From: Basidiobolus meristosporus CBS 931.73
Taxonomy: Eukaryota > Fungi > Basidiobolomycota
Assembly: GCA_002104905.1 (NCBI GenBank)
Contig: MCFE01000199.1
Coordinates: 70,284-134,283 of the forward strand
Length of the DNA: 64,000 nucleotides
Direction of reading: 5' to 3'
Positions 1-13,500 of this stretch are shown in pieces. A program made the translations under genes and the position numbers. A model generated the notes under the pieces. It did not search any database, was not told the origin of the DNA, and worked only from the letters and a program-made list of their open reading frames with translations. Every line of letters begins with the position of its first letter. Positions within the stretch are counted from its first letter, which is position 1.

Positions 1-777
1 GCAGGGACTTGATAAGAATGCAGCTGTGGTCAATAGTTACAAAGACAGAAAAGTATCTTAGCCTGTACAAGAACAAACTTGGGCAAGAATCAAATATAAT
101 AAGAGATACCTACTCTGAGTATTCCTCACAAGTAGTGCCTCCAAGATCAGTTGGCTGTCAGTGTGGTTTCCTGGGAGTGTCCTGTGGTCTGAGGTTGGAA
201 GTTCAGGTTGCAGCAGGTAGCAGTGATCACACCAATCAACAAGCTGGTATATTGATAAAAGGGATGATGATTTATTGTTGAGGAATAGCTTCCCTTCTAA
301 ACTTTTCTCACTGGCTAAGTGATTACTAATCATGGTGTTCCAGAAGGTTCCAGAGATCTATAGAAATCTTAATGACATCAGAATGAGCTAAGAATATTCT
401 AAGTAGGTACTGGAAGGTTCTAAGAGGTATAGCACATCCAACCAATCAGGAAGCAGTATTATGAAACCTGTGTAACATAGGAATACCATATATTGTATAG
501 AAATGGTAGGGATGGTGGCACAGGTTGACCATGTGCCACGGGTACTGGCTTGGGTACTTGCCTAATATAGAGGCACCTACTGCTAGTAATCTTACATAAA
601 GTGGAGGATAACTTATGCAATAAGGTAAGCAGGTGTGATAGTCAACAGGCTTATGGGATAATACTGATCAGGTAGACAAATGGGATAAAACTAAAATAAG
701 GGTAGCAGAGAAATAGGGAAGTAGAAAATATAGGAATGAGCACTACTGTTAGTGGGTGTCACTGTGACCCCACTACA
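1..777 (-). mobile_element. Gypsy family A LTR (subfamily A1), cut by the window start
   Basis: Colinear with the LTRs at 1173-2243, 57863-58933 and 59598-60668. Ends ...ACCCCACTACA and is followed by CCGC. Confidence 0.9.
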
Positions 778-1172
778 CCGCTTTGTCAAAAACTTTGCAA
801 CAATAGCAGCCCCCCTACACAAATTGATGCAAAAAGGCCAGTGTTTTGTGTGGTTGGAGCCTCAAAAGAGAGCATTTAATCAGCTGAAACATGCCCTGAC
901 ATCATCACCAGTATTGAATTTTCCCAATTGGGATGCAAGATTTCTTATTAACTGTGATAGAAATCTCACCGGTATAGGTTCCATACTGGGACAATACCAC
1001 CCACCCAGCAAATTCCACCCAACTGGTTATGTGAGCCATTTGCTAAACAAACACATACATCACTACCCTGTTGCCAAGATAGAATGTCTGGCTGTTGTTT
1101 ATTCAATTCAATGACTCCATACATACATACATGGTTGCCAATTCACAAATGTAATGGACCACAGAGCACCGG
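778..1172 (+). pseudogene. pol: Gypsy family B pol fragment (RT thumb/connection to RNase H)
   Basis: Translation RFVKNFATIAAPLHKL...LKHALTSSPVL...CDRNLTGIGSILGQ...ECLAVVYSI...DHRAP matches Ty3/Gypsy RT-RNase H. Bounded by two family A LTR insertions. Confidence 0.85.
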
Positions 1173-2243
1173 TGTGGTGGTGTATAGGTCCAAGGGAGAG
1201 ATACGTCCAACACTTCTCAAGTGTTTTGTGTGTGGGGTGTTCACTGGGTGCAATAACCTCTGGCAAAAGCTTGCTAGGAATACTTGGGTTCTGTCTCTAA
1301 TCTAATGTGAAGGGGAATAAAGCCACAAGCTTGTCAAGGGAAAACTATTGAGCTACAATCCCCAACTTAGTTGGCGTCTTAACAAAAGTATGTGCTGGGT
1401 TCAGCGTCCTTTGAGATGACAATGTACTAAAGCTTCCAAAGTCAAAACAACTGTAAACTCCACCAGCAGGGACTTGATAAGAATGCAGCTGTGGTCAATA
1501 GTTACAAAGACAGAAAAGTATCTTTGCCTGTACAAGAACAAACTTGGGAAAGAATCAAATATAATAAAAGATACCTACTCTGAGTATTCCTCACAAGTAG
1601 TGCCTCCAAGGTCAGTTGGCTGTCAGCGCGGTTTCCTGGGAGTGTCCTGTGGTCTGGGGTTGGAAGTTCAGGTAGCAGCAGGTAGCAGTGATCACACTAA
1701 TCAACAAGTTGGTATATTGATAAAAGGGATGATGATTTATTGTTGAGGGATAGCCTCCCTTATATACTTTTCTCACTGGCTAAGTGATTACTAATCATGG
1801 TGTTCCAGAAGGTTCCGGAGATCAATAGAAATATTAATGACATCAGAATGACCTAAGAATGTTCTAAGTAGGTGCCGGAAGGTTCTAAGAGGCACAGCAC
1901 ATCCAACCAATCAGGAATCAGTATTCTGAAACCTGTGTAACATGGGGATACCATATACGGTATGGAAATGGTAGGGATGGTGACATAAGCTGATCATGTG
2001 TCACGGGTACTGGCGCGGGTACTTGCCTAATATAGAAGTACTTATAGCTAGTAATCTTACATAAGGTGAGGGGTAACTTATGCAATAAGGTAAGCAGGTG
2101 TGATAGTCAACCGGCTTATGGGATAGTACTGATTGGGTAAGACAAATGGGATAAAACTAAAATAAGTGTAGTAGAGATATAGGGAAGTAGAAAATAAGGG
2201 AATGAGCACATCTGTCAGTGGGTGTCACTGTCACCCCACTACA
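1173..2243 (-). mobile_element. Gypsy family A solo LTR (1071 bp) with 4-bp TSD CCGG
   Basis: TGTGGTGG...CCCCACTACA termini; CCGG at 1169-1172 and 2244-2247. Confidence 0.95.
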
Positions 2244-2299
2244 CCGGTCTAGCAGATGAAAACTAAAGTACCCCAAACATGTTGTTACAAACAAGCAGA

Positions 2300-3420
2300 A
2301 GAGAGACTTCCAACAGAAATGGTGTCTGTACAATTACAAGAAAACCAATTATGGTTCCTCTAAGAACAGTCCAGAGTCAAGGTACCCCTTGTGACTGCCA
2401 GTGTAGAAATTATACAAGAAAGACATGTGTTATTAGGACGTGCTAACCCACTAACAACATACAAGATGTTAAGAAAGACCTTTTATTGGAAAGAAATGAT
2501 GACCAACACTACAAATAAGTTACAAATATGCTCCACTTGCAAGAGATTTTACTGGAGTCAGAAGATAGGGACAACTGCACCAATACTGGTTGACCTACCC
2601 TTCCACCCGGTAGGGATCAACTCTGTTGGCCCCTTTGTGAAAACAAGGAAAGGAGAACAGTACATAATAATTGCTACCAATTATTTCTCATATAGGTCAA
2701 AGCCCAAGCCATTTGAAATAAAGATTGAAGACAAATGCCCAATTCATCCTAGAACATCTTGTCTGCTGGCACAGATATTCTCAGATACTCCTGTCTGACA
2801 ATAGTGGTTCCTTCCTGAACAACACTGTGACCTATTTGTGCAAAATGATGGGCATAAAACAGGTCCTCACGGCCGCGTATCACCCCCAGACCAATGGATT
2901 AACCAAGAGGATGAACCAGATGTATTGCTGCATGCTAGAGAAGTTTCACTGGCAACTTCCCCAGTGATGGGCCAAGCTGCTCCCACTGACACTGCTAGCA
3001 ATGTGTACAATACCAAATAAATTTACAGGTTTCTCCCCATACAAAGTTCTGTATGGATGAATGCCCAAGTGGCATGAAGAAGCTGGATTGACAATGGAAG
3101 TTGTCCCCTTGACAACACATAACACCTATGTAGAATGGTAGATACACCATATTGCCCACCTATACATCCAAGTATTTGAAAATACTGACAAGCACCTTCC
3201 CCCTCAACCCAAAAAGGAGAAGCTAATGGGACAAAAGTGGAAACCAGGTAATAAGGTGTGATACAACCAAACTGTTGCAGGCCTCAAGTTTTGCCTACAA
3301 TTTACACCCCGATGGATTGGCCCTTGCACCATTATTAGATTGGATCACAGACTAAAGTACACCATCACCCTGAACAATAAGTCAATCAGCAACATAGCAC
3401 CAGGCCATCTGAAACTGTTT
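2300..3420 (+). pseudogene. pol: Gypsy family B integrase, frameshifted
   Basis: Zinc-binding remnant TYKMLRKTFYW..CSTC; core PFHPVGINSVGP, SDNSGSF, TAAYHPQTNGLTKR; C-terminal PRWIGPCTI. Confidence 0.8.
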
Positions 3421-5099
3421 CATGATGATCCACTGATCATCATTGAAACCAAAGTGCAAATAAACTATTTTCAGGACAAGGATAGAGGAAGACACAGGAT
3501 ACTTACAAGGTTTATTAGAGGAGATTTTAGCTAATATAGGTACAAATGATATGAGCAAGGAAGTTTGCCCAAAAGGGAGAACAAAAGAATGCATATGGAA
3601 AGTGCCAATGGAAGCTGCTCACCCAAAACTGGTGATACCCTCCCACTAGCAAGAATCAAGATGATATCAAAAACAAGACCAACCTGCAAGTGTTGAGAGA
3701 TATGGTACAAGCATCAAGTGCAATGAGAGCGACCTATGAAGATTCATTTGCTGGAGCAGTCATGTTGATACAAGACACAATCAGAGAGGGACAGGACAAG
3801 TTACCGATGCCCATACAAAATATGGAGATACTACTTAAGAAGACCATGTACCATTGGAGAGAAGGTTCATTGATCATTAAGGAGAAGGACACTGCACTGA
3901 TTCCTGTATCCATAAAGGACACAGTCAGACAGAAGATGCAAGGAATCAACTGTTGCACCCTCACAATGCAACAAGAGCCACCTGTTCTGTTGCATACTGC
4001 TATTAATAGGTACCATGGTCACTGAGGTATACACAGACCTGGTATAAGTTGCAAGAGCACCACAAGTAAAACTCCTACCCAAAGGACTCCTCTAAGAAGT
4101 TTGCAAACATCTTAAATCACATTTCCAACAAGGAATCATCCTAGAGAGGATATGCAAATAGATTAAATACACCAGCCAGTTAACCCATGCAATCCACCAA
4201 GTTGCTGTGTTACAACTATTACAATGGCTTACCTTAGGTCACCTCAGGAACCAGTGCAAACTCCAACTCCAAGAAGCCAAAGAAACCGCCGCATACTCTG
4301 TAGAAACCATGAGGCAAGTGCAAAAGTGCCTTGATTGTGCCACAGTCTCTACAGAAGAAGTACAATATGTCTCCAAAGAAGCAAATACTTGTAATTGGCA
4401 ATGGGTGACCGCCAACCAAGTGTACACCCTTGTCTAAAGGGCCCCCACCATCATATTGCACACAACAAGGACAAGCCCCAACAACCTTTGCAAGATAAAG
4501 AGGCAAGACTTTATTGCGTTATTGCTACTGTTCTCATTCTCTGACCCACCCAAGGAAGTAACCCAGAACCCTATGGCTTGCCAATTGTTTGGGTCTGTGG
4601 AAAACATCCCTTAAGCAACACAAGCTGCATCCCACTTGCCGCCAAATGGTGTTAGATACATGCCCACAACCCCCTTGCAAGTGACAAGCAGCAATGGTAC
4701 TATAGTGACTCCCCATGCTCTTTAAACAAAAGTGACCCTGGAGAAGCAAGTTAGTCAAAAAACTTCAAGGACAAAGCTCCCCCTTAACCCCCACAATATG
4801 TGAGTACTAAATGTAGTACCTACTCTATGCCCAAGAGTTCTCCCCTGAGTCCTACCCAAAGTCCCCCAGTACCCTCCCTATGAATCCCCTATGCATCTTC
4901 CCTCCTATTCCTGCCCTTATCTACTTAGAACACTTACCATAACAGGAAGGTGTTCACACCCCTATTTTATAACACATTGTCTATTATCTATGCCCCTCCA
5001 AGTGATATATATATCTGATTGAACCAAGTGAGAGAAAAACAAGATTTTGGATGGAATAAACACAAGTCCTTATTACCTTGCAACCTTCTACTGGAAGCT

Positions 5100-5740
5100 A
5101 TTCTGAGCTAAGTGGTACTGACTTGACTTACAAGCTCTCCCACTCACCAAGTACAGTTAGTAATAACCCATGCAGTGTTCCTCTGCTGTTACATCAAGAA
5201 ATGGTCCAATTCTTGGTTGTGACATTGAACTACTTAAGTTCCTTCTGTGCAGCAAAGGTACTGCTTTCTCTACCTGGAATACTGATTGCTCTATTTGTAT
5301 TATCTGCTCATCCTGTTTCTGTACTATTTCCTGATTTCTCTGGGCTATTGCATCTATTCTATCAGCCACTGTGCTTAGTAGATTCATTAAGGCTTTGGTA
5401 TGAGCTGACAACATACTTGCTAATGTGGGTGGTGGTGATGTTATGACAGCCACTTACTGGTCTTCAACTGAGGGTTCCACCTATACTGCATTCTCATCTG
5501 CCTGAGCATAATGATCAGCTTCAGGCTCTGCAGAGGTTCTCAATTGCCTACTTGACTGAGAGCCTGAGAAGTCTGCATTATTACCTTCAGTGGGAACACT
5601 GTTAGCATGGCCTTTTTTGGATGTAGCCCTGCTGGTTGCACTGAATGCCAAAGCAAGCTGTTATCCAGCCATTCTTCTGCTGCCATCAGTGCTGGGGTTT
5701 AGTTGGGAACCAGACAACTTTGCTTTATTTTTTGGTAGCA
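5100..5740 (-). pseudogene. CACTA/CMC-like element copy 1, accessory ORF2 remnant
   Basis: ORF 5157-5453 (MLSAHTKALMNLLSTVADRIDAIAQRNQEIVQKQDE) is homologous to ORF 18891-20192. Confidence 0.8.
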
Positions 5741-5962
5741 TATATGTGGAAGTGATTCAAACCAAAGGGGAAAGAGTGTTACATATACAAGTGTATGTTG
5801 TGCCACAACTTTATTTATAATGGTTACTATAATAGGTCATCAGTGAATTGTACATACATGTAGGTTCAATGTCTGAGATCAAGACTGTCTTGTATACACA
5901 TGAGCATTGACCAAAAACTGGTACAATAGCATAATATAGTTGAATGCTAAACTGTTTGCCCC

Positions 5963-7432
5963 ATGGACAAGACTTCCTTGACTCAACGCCATAAGAGAAG
6001 AGAAAGAAGACCATGTGGCCATTGTAGCAAGTTTCTCAGCCATATATCATGCACACAGCGTAGGAAATATTACAAGGATCATGGCCACTGCTTTGCCACA
6101 TCAGTCATATTTGACCATTCATTGGTCACTACTGTACCCACATTAGCATGCAGGCCAGTTGATACTTCTATATTGGCACCTGGCTGTCTTTGTTACCTTG
6201 CACAAACTGAGTCAGGAGGGTTTGTGATGCCTTTAGGCTCACCTCAGCCTTCTGAATATGGCATGCAGAGTGATTGCTCTAACAAAGAAGGTTCAATGAT
6301 GGATTGTGGGCCTATATCCCCTAACAATAGTACTATGTATGAGCCCGGTCAAATTCCAATATGCAATGAGACAACACCTGTTGAAACAAATGCCAAGGAT
6401 ACTTTATGATGCCAAGTGAGCCCAGTAGTCTATCTACTGTTGGATGATGTAATGTTGTGGCTAGAGAAGTGGCATGTTTCCACTAATATCAGTAATGGGG
6501 GCTTTGAGGATTTATTACAACTTCTTGCCAAAATCATTCCAGGATGCAGCTTACCATGTACATGGTACAAGTGGACAACCATCATGTGACTGGCAACATA
6601 TGATCCATAGACTGACCTGATTCCTATATGTGTTAACAGTTGCATGGCATTCACATCCAAAAATGCTACCATTGCAATGCGTCCTAATTGTCAGAAATCC
6701 ACCACTATCAAGGGAAGATATTGTTCACACTCTGGGTATACTCTGGTAATACCCACTCTGAGGAAGCTGGTGCAGTCTAACAAATAGTGTAAAGCCTTAC
6801 AGTACCGCACTCAGTATCAATCCGGCTCAAATATATTCAATAGATTTGATTACAAACATTACAAACAGCTAAGAAGCAAGGGCTACTCTGAAGGTGTGTA
6901 TGACCATGCCTTTGCCTTAGCACTTGATGAATTCTCAGTAAACAAGTACTCTACCAGCAAATCCTGCTAGCCACTAAATCCCATTAATCTGAATCTGCTG
7001 CTCACCTTATCATATCAGAGCAGTAATCTGATGGTAGTATCACTGGTATCTGGTCCTAAATCACAGTCCAACCTGGATAGCTACCTGTATTTGTTGCTGC
7101 ATGAATTTTGTATACTTTCCAACATGATAACAGTACATGGCCATCATGTATAGCTCATATTATTATCTTCATTGGAGATACCCCAGCCATCAGCAAGATA
7201 GCTGGAGTTTCCAGGCACAATGGACGGTATTGCTGATGAATGTGTTAGAACCAGTGGACTTACTACATAACTCCCACACATTATTATTACCCAGACACCA
7301 ACACTAAGAACATCATCTTTCCACAGAGAGCACATACCAAAGTCAGCATGCAAATGCAGCAAACTTCACAAGCTATAAGCCATTGGCTGGAATATGAAAG
7401 CAATTGGAAACTGGAGATACTCAAGATAGAGT
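5963..7432 (+). pseudogene. CACTA/CMC-like copy 1 transposase (Tnp2/Transposase_21 type), 5' part, interrupted by Gypsy C
   Basis: Cys/His N-terminus RPCGHCSK; degenerate LALDEF...NLMVVSLVSGP...LDSYL...IGDTPAISKIAG...HNGR core shared with the other copies. Confidence 0.8.
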
Positions 7433-8573
7433 TGTGGTAATGGAAAGTATTCCATTACAACAATATCTCTAAACCAGTATTTCACTCATTTCTTTATTTT
7501 GCTTTTTGCTATTGTAACACACAAGTGAAAGATCAAGAATTTCAACTTTGAAGAACAAATGCTCCAGACCCTGAGAAGCAGTCCACCTAAGAATATTATG
7601 TCATACAGAACACGTAGTAGCCAACACATGTTTCAAATTGCAGCTCATTTGAAGCAGTACTTAAGGAGTTATGACCAAGAGAGTCCAATTATTATATATA
7701 CTATGCCTTATTGCTAGGATTACTATGGTGGCTTTGATCGCATGTAACTTTTGAACCAGCCAATCAAATCACGTGATATATTTACAGGTGCTGCGCCTAT
7801 GTCCGATCTCCACCACTGCAAAATTTTAGCTGTGTATCATGTGTATTGCTTGCGCAATTGCCCAAAAACTTTGATCCTTCAAAATTTTCATATATATAAC
7901 TTTCCCAGCCGAAAAATAAAGAGGGAGCCTCTCTTTCCAGAATCTCCACACTACAATTACAAGTTTAAAGGTTATAGGACTTCCCCTGCATCACTTGCAC
8001 TGTTGAGTATTCTGACTTTGACTGGTACTAAATCAGTAAAGAGACTGCAAAGCTCACAAGAATCCAATCTAAGTTCTACAAGAAACTACCACTTTTCTGT
8101 TGGAAAAGTCCCCTCTAAGAAAGCCCTTTACCCTTAAGAAGCCCCTTTAGGCACCCCTTTAGTGTAAAGTCCACTTTAGAGACCACTACAAGAAGCCCCT
8201 TTACTCTAAAGACACCCCTTTAGAGACTTCTACAACACACCTCTTTAGGTTAAAGGGGAGTTCAGAATTCCCATATTAGAAAATATTTTCTCAGAAAGGA
8301 AAGTGACTTCCAAATAAGGAAAAGTTACTATAAAAGTAAACAAGCCCATTAGTCAACAGAAGGTCAGAACACTGCTGTAGAAGTGATAGACATTGCCTAC
8401 AGTATATTTTGAGCCTAAGATTGAGGAAATTAGTGAAAGTTATATCTTCTATCAGTATATCAAACTCCCAATAAACTATTTCAGTATTAGCATATCGGAA
8501 GTTGTTGTATATTGTTGATTAGCCTCTACATTGTAGAAAAAGCCCCAAACTAATCATAATACAACACAACACA
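7433..8573 (+). repeat. Gypsy C 5' LTR (~1140 bp)
   Basis: Direct repeat of 14214-~15019; TG...CA ends; followed by AATT and then the PBS. Confidence 0.8.
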
Positions 8574-8577
8574 AATT

Positions 8578-8604
8578 TGGTGGAGGACCTGGGTAGTTTG
8601 AGCC
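8578..8604 (+). promoter_or_regulatory. Primer binding site, tRNA-Ala-like
   Basis: TGGTGGAGGACCTGGG lies 4 nt after the LTR; TGGTGGA is complementary to the UCCACCA 3' end of tRNA-Ala. Confidence 0.6.
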
Positions 8605-8638
8605 TTACACTATACAAGCATCAAGAAACATTACAAGA

Positions 8639-10427
8639 ATGACCAATACACCACTCCCAGATTTAATTGCCACTTTTAAAGGTGCCATTCCAGTAAAATT
8701 CTCAGGAGAGAATGTTACTGAGTTTCTAGAAGAGTTTCACAATATAGCTGCAGCATTTGAGCTATCACACAAGAACAAAATCTAGTTGTTTCCCTTTCTC
8801 TGTGAAGTTGAAGTATCAAGATTCTTACAAAGTTTGGACCCATTTAAGATATCTGTTGGCACTAACTATTACTGGGACACTGCTCAACAAGCTATCTTAG
8901 CTGAGTACCAAAAGGAAGCACAGTTTGTCACACTAAATGAGCTAGAAATACCTTACAACAAGACCCAACCCTTGCAGAAGTACATTCAAATGTTTGAGTC
9001 AAAAGCAAGGCATGTTGAAGCAGCTATTGGAACTCAAAGACTTTATCAAAGAAGCTATTTTCTGATGAATATGCCTCCTGAAATACATAATGCCATTAAT
9101 ATTCAAATGAAAATTTCCACTCCAGCTAAACAAATTCTTCATTGTACAAATAACCCACAAAGTGATCTGGTTAATAGACTTGTTCCGTTGGATAGTGCCA
9201 CATTGAGCCATGAGTGCCAAATGATGCCATAGTGTGCCAGAGAGGCCAAGTGAGCCTATACTTGGCCACAGAGTGTGAAACATAGCTCTGCATCTTCATG
9301 TAAAGCAGCCCCTGTGTTTCACCCATTGCGCAGGAGAAAAATCATTTTTCGACCTTTTTTTGTGGAGCAATGTAGATCAGGATGTGTAAGAGCACAGGAG
9401 AACTGAAGATATGAATCTGGTACTCAATACCCACGGCACTCTGAATCTAGCTCCTGTAGCTTGTATCATGTCACAAAAATGAATGGCACTATCTTGGTCC
9501 ACTGGTACTATCTGGCACTATAAGTGCTTTGTATAGATCTTACTTTAGGGCTAATATTTAAATATAGTGCCAGATAGTACCAGTGGACCAAGATAGTGCC
9601 ATTCATTTTTGTGACATGATACAAGCCACAGGAGCTAGATTCAGAGTGCCATGGGTATTGAGTACCAGATGCATATCTTCAGTTCTCCTGTGCTCTTACA
9701 CATCCTGATCTACATTGATCCACAAAAAAAGGTCGAAAATGGATTTTCTCCTGCGCAATGGGTGAAACACAGGGGCTGCTTTGCATGAAGATGCAGAGCT
9801 ACGTTTCACACTCTGTGGCCAAGTATAGGCTCACTTGGCCTCTCTGGCACACTCTGGCATCATTTGGCACTCATGGCTCAATGTGGCACTATCCAACAGA
9901 ACAAGTCTAATGAATTAATTGATGCATTAGGAAAACTGATGCTTAAGTTGGACTCTCAAAGTGTACCATCATCAAGCATCAACAAGGCAAGACCAGAAAA
10001 TCCCAAAACAACCAGTAATTATCCACAGCAAACCAAATATTGTGTGTACTGTGACTCCGCTGAGCATAGCTGTTATGGTTGTCAAATATTGAATATTGAT
10101 ATTGACAGTCATAAGGTTATGATTGATTGTTATGGGAAGATCTGTGATATTGCTGGAAACCCCTTGCCTATCAACAGAGGTTATGGTGGAATGAGGTTCT
10201 ATGTACTTGCTCAAGAAGTATCAAGTAAAAGCACCAAGACATCAAATTTCATACAAATCCAAAAGACTGCAGAAATTCTAAGCAATGAACGTTACATACT
10301 CACAATATCAGATCCATCAGGGCAGGTCCAAAAATATCTAATGGAAAAAGAGGGAGTTGAAGAGTTTAATTGGCTTATTGATAAGAGAAAGTATGTTTCT
10401 ACAGAGAACAATCCTAAAAAAGTGTGA
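8639..10427 (+). pseudogene. gag: Gypsy C gag, split by a MITE and stops
   Basis: MTNTPLPDL...KFSGENVTEFLEEF N-terminus. The frame is restored across the MITE (SDLVN|ELIDALGK). CVYCDSAEHSCYGC Cys/His motif and RGYGGMR parallel family A gag. Confidence 0.75.
9176..9908. mobile_element. Foldback MITE-like element, 733 bp: ~347-bp inverted arms and a 40-bp spacer
   Basis: 9176-9522 is the reverse complement of 9563-9908 with few mismatches. Termini AGACTTGTTC...GAACAAGTCT are flanked by AAT/AAT (alternative parse: TA TSD). Confidence 0.9.
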
Positions 10428-10594
10428 CCAACAAATGAAATCAGCCAATTGTTGAAATCCCAGTACAGCCAGAAACATCAAAAATCCAAAAACAACACTT
10501 GCAATCTCAATCTAAGTATGACACTACTGCAATGACACAGAAAGTTATTGACAAATTCTGAAAATCTCCATTTCCACAACTTACAAATCAAGAA

Positions 10595-13500
10595 ATGTTC
10601 ACTGCTATCAACAATCTCAGTCAACTACTACCTATGAAAAAGATATCCTGGGGGAATTATCAAGAACAGTCATCAACAACATTCTCAAGTGAACAACTAC
10701 AATTTGAAGTGGAAAAAGCCTTTTACTCTATTACAACAGGAAGCTATGCTGCTACAATCAACAAGGTTGAAGTGGAATGTGTTTTTGATTGTGGATCAGA
10801 AATCAATGCTATCACCACTATGACTTTTGCAAAAATCAAATTACCATTGACAGAAGTTGACTGGAATATGAGAACTGCTACAGGTTCAACAGAGAAGATG
10901 CTTGGACTTTGTCACTCTGTACCAATTGAAATTGGAGGAATCAGGGTTACTTCTCCCTTTTTCATTGTTGTCAATGGACTCACTTTTGAGGTATTGTTGG
11001 GACAACTATATACAAGAAAATCTCTTCTACAAGCTGATAATAGACCTGATGGAAGCTTATGGCTGACAATCACATCTGACAATCAAAAAAGAAGGGCAAC
11101 CTTTTGTGCAGCAGAAGAGAATAATCCAAGAAATGCAGACTCCTTTCCAGTACAAAACATACAGGTTTATAAGGATATTTTGTTTTATGATCAACACTTC
11201 ATTCCATCAACAACAAGTAAGACAAATACCAAGTATTAGCCAGTTACATTGAAAGCAAAGCCAGTATCTACTGGAATCTCACCATCTGCCCATGACAATC
11301 CTCAAATGGAGCCTTTGCACAAATATGACAAAATCAGACTCACAGAAGAGAAGCTCAAGGAGTTGGCTATTGGGACTACTCTTTCCACTGAGGAGAAAAG
11401 TCTCTTTTTGACTATGTTACAACGCTATGACAATGTCTTTGCATTTAATGATGCACAAAGAGGATGTTTATCCACAGAGCTATTTCCACTGGTTAAGATC
11501 CATACTGTTGAACATACGCCATGGGCACTGAGATCATATCCTATTCCCTCAAGATTACTGAGCAAAGTAATTGAAATGCTACAATCAAGATTTCAAAGTG
11601 GAGTCATTCAATATAGCTATGGACCTTATCACAATCCCTGGTTTACACCGTTGAAGAAAAATGTAAGTCTACGGTTTATTCAAGATGTACAGCATTTGAA
11701 TAAGGTCACCATCAAAGATGCTATGCAACCACCCATACAACATGAGTATATAGAGTCATTTACTGGATATCCTCTGATTACAACATTGGATCTTTATTCA
11801 GGATATGACCAAATACTTCTGGATCCTACCTCAAGAGATCTCACTGCTATGGATACACCAATAGGACTCATAAGGATGACAAGAATTCCTCAAGGATGGA
11901 CATACTCTGTCCAAAATTATAAACGTGCAATGATTTGAGTTTTGGATGACTGTTTCCCCAAAATATGCCAACCATTTCTTGATGGCATTGCAGTTAAGAA
12001 TAAGTCCAGAGAAAAAGATACATTGCATGTCTTACCTCAAGTAAGAAGATATGTTTATGATCACATATGCACTGTTGAAAGGGTCATGAAGGAACTTCAA
12101 GCTTCTGGTCTGACTGTATCAGGAGCCAAATGCAAGTTTGGCTACAACAAAGCAATCATTCTAGATGAACTTGTTACTGAAAAAGGGAGATTGCCTGATC
12201 CTGCAAAACTTTCATTGGCACTAAATTGGAAGCCACCAAGGAATATTCACCAAGTCAGACAATTATTAGGACTTACTGGTCTATTCAGAATCTGGATCAA
12301 GAACTATGCTCAAATTGCTAAGCCACTGACTCAGTTATTACAGAAAAACCAGAAATTTGAACGGCATGAAGAACAGGCAAATGCTATGTTAACATTGCTT
12401 GTGTCACTATCCAAGCCACCTGTCTTAGCAGCTATAGACTACAGTGTTATTGATTCACAACCAATCATTGTATCAGTTGATAGCTCTGGAATTGGGGTTG
12501 GTGGAATCATGATTCAAGTTTCAAAAGATCATCATCAACAACCTTGCAAATATCTTAGTAGACTATTCAAAGGGAATGAGCTTAACTATCCATCTATCAA
12601 GAAAGAAGCACTGGGAGTACTCTATGTACTCAAAAAGCTAAAGCCATACTTATTAGGAGTACACTTCACACTGGAGGTTGATGCCAAGCCATTATCAGGA
12701 ATGTTGAATAAGTTGGAGCTTTTGCCTGATCTTATTCTAGCACGGTGGATATCATACATCCATATCTTTGACTTTATGCTGCAACACGTACCAGGAGCCA
12801 ATCACAAAGGACTTGATGCCTTATCTAGAAAGCAACCAAATTCACCGTACTCAACTGATGATGATGAGATTGATGAGTTTCTTGAAAAACTAGTCTTGGA
12901 TTCCCATTCAGACATATGATACAAAGCAATTATCAACAAATCAAGGAATTTCTTACATCACTCAATGTTCCTGCTGATATTCCCACAAATCAACGCACAA
13001 CTTTTAAAAAGAAGGCTCTGAAGTTTTTACTGCATGATAGCACACTTTTCAGGAAAAGCAAACATGGAGTTCCTCAATGGTATATACATAACAAGCATGA
13101 TCAAGCAAAGATCATTCAAGAATTGCATGAATCTCAATCATGAGGTCATAAGGGAATTACATCAACATATGCAAAAATCTCCTTACAGTATTTTTGGCCA
13201 ATGCTGTACACCAACACAAAAGAATATGTGAAATCATGTATTCCATGTCAAAGAAGAGACAACCAAAAGATGCATGAACCACTTCACAGTATATACACAT
13301 CTTATGCTTGGTAAATTGCACATGTAGATATTACACATTTACCAAGGGCAACAGCTGGGTGTAAGTATGTAGTGGACTGTTGTGATAACTTTACTGGTTG
13401 GATTGAGGCTAGAATGCTGAAACAAGCCAATGCAAAAGCAGTAGCAAGATTTCTCAAAGAAGATGTATATCTCAGACATGATTCAGTTGGCACCCTTATT

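Noticed and set aside
9-281. Recurrent ~90-aa ORF (MIRMQLWSIV...) also at 1474, 58164 and related positions
   Set aside because: It lies inside the family A LTR and recurs only because the LTR does; no domain features, and it is not preserved in the A2 LTRs.
4876-4885. CCCTATGAAT as the missing left terminus of CACTA-like copy 1
   Set aside because: The match stops after 9 nt and the following sequence does not resemble the subterminal region seen at 43648 or 21109.
8100-8260. CCCCTTTA-type short repeats, CRISPR-like at first glance
   Set aside because: Irregular degenerate repeats inside the Gypsy C LTR, duplicated at ~14890-15010; no constant repeat-spacer period and no cas genes.
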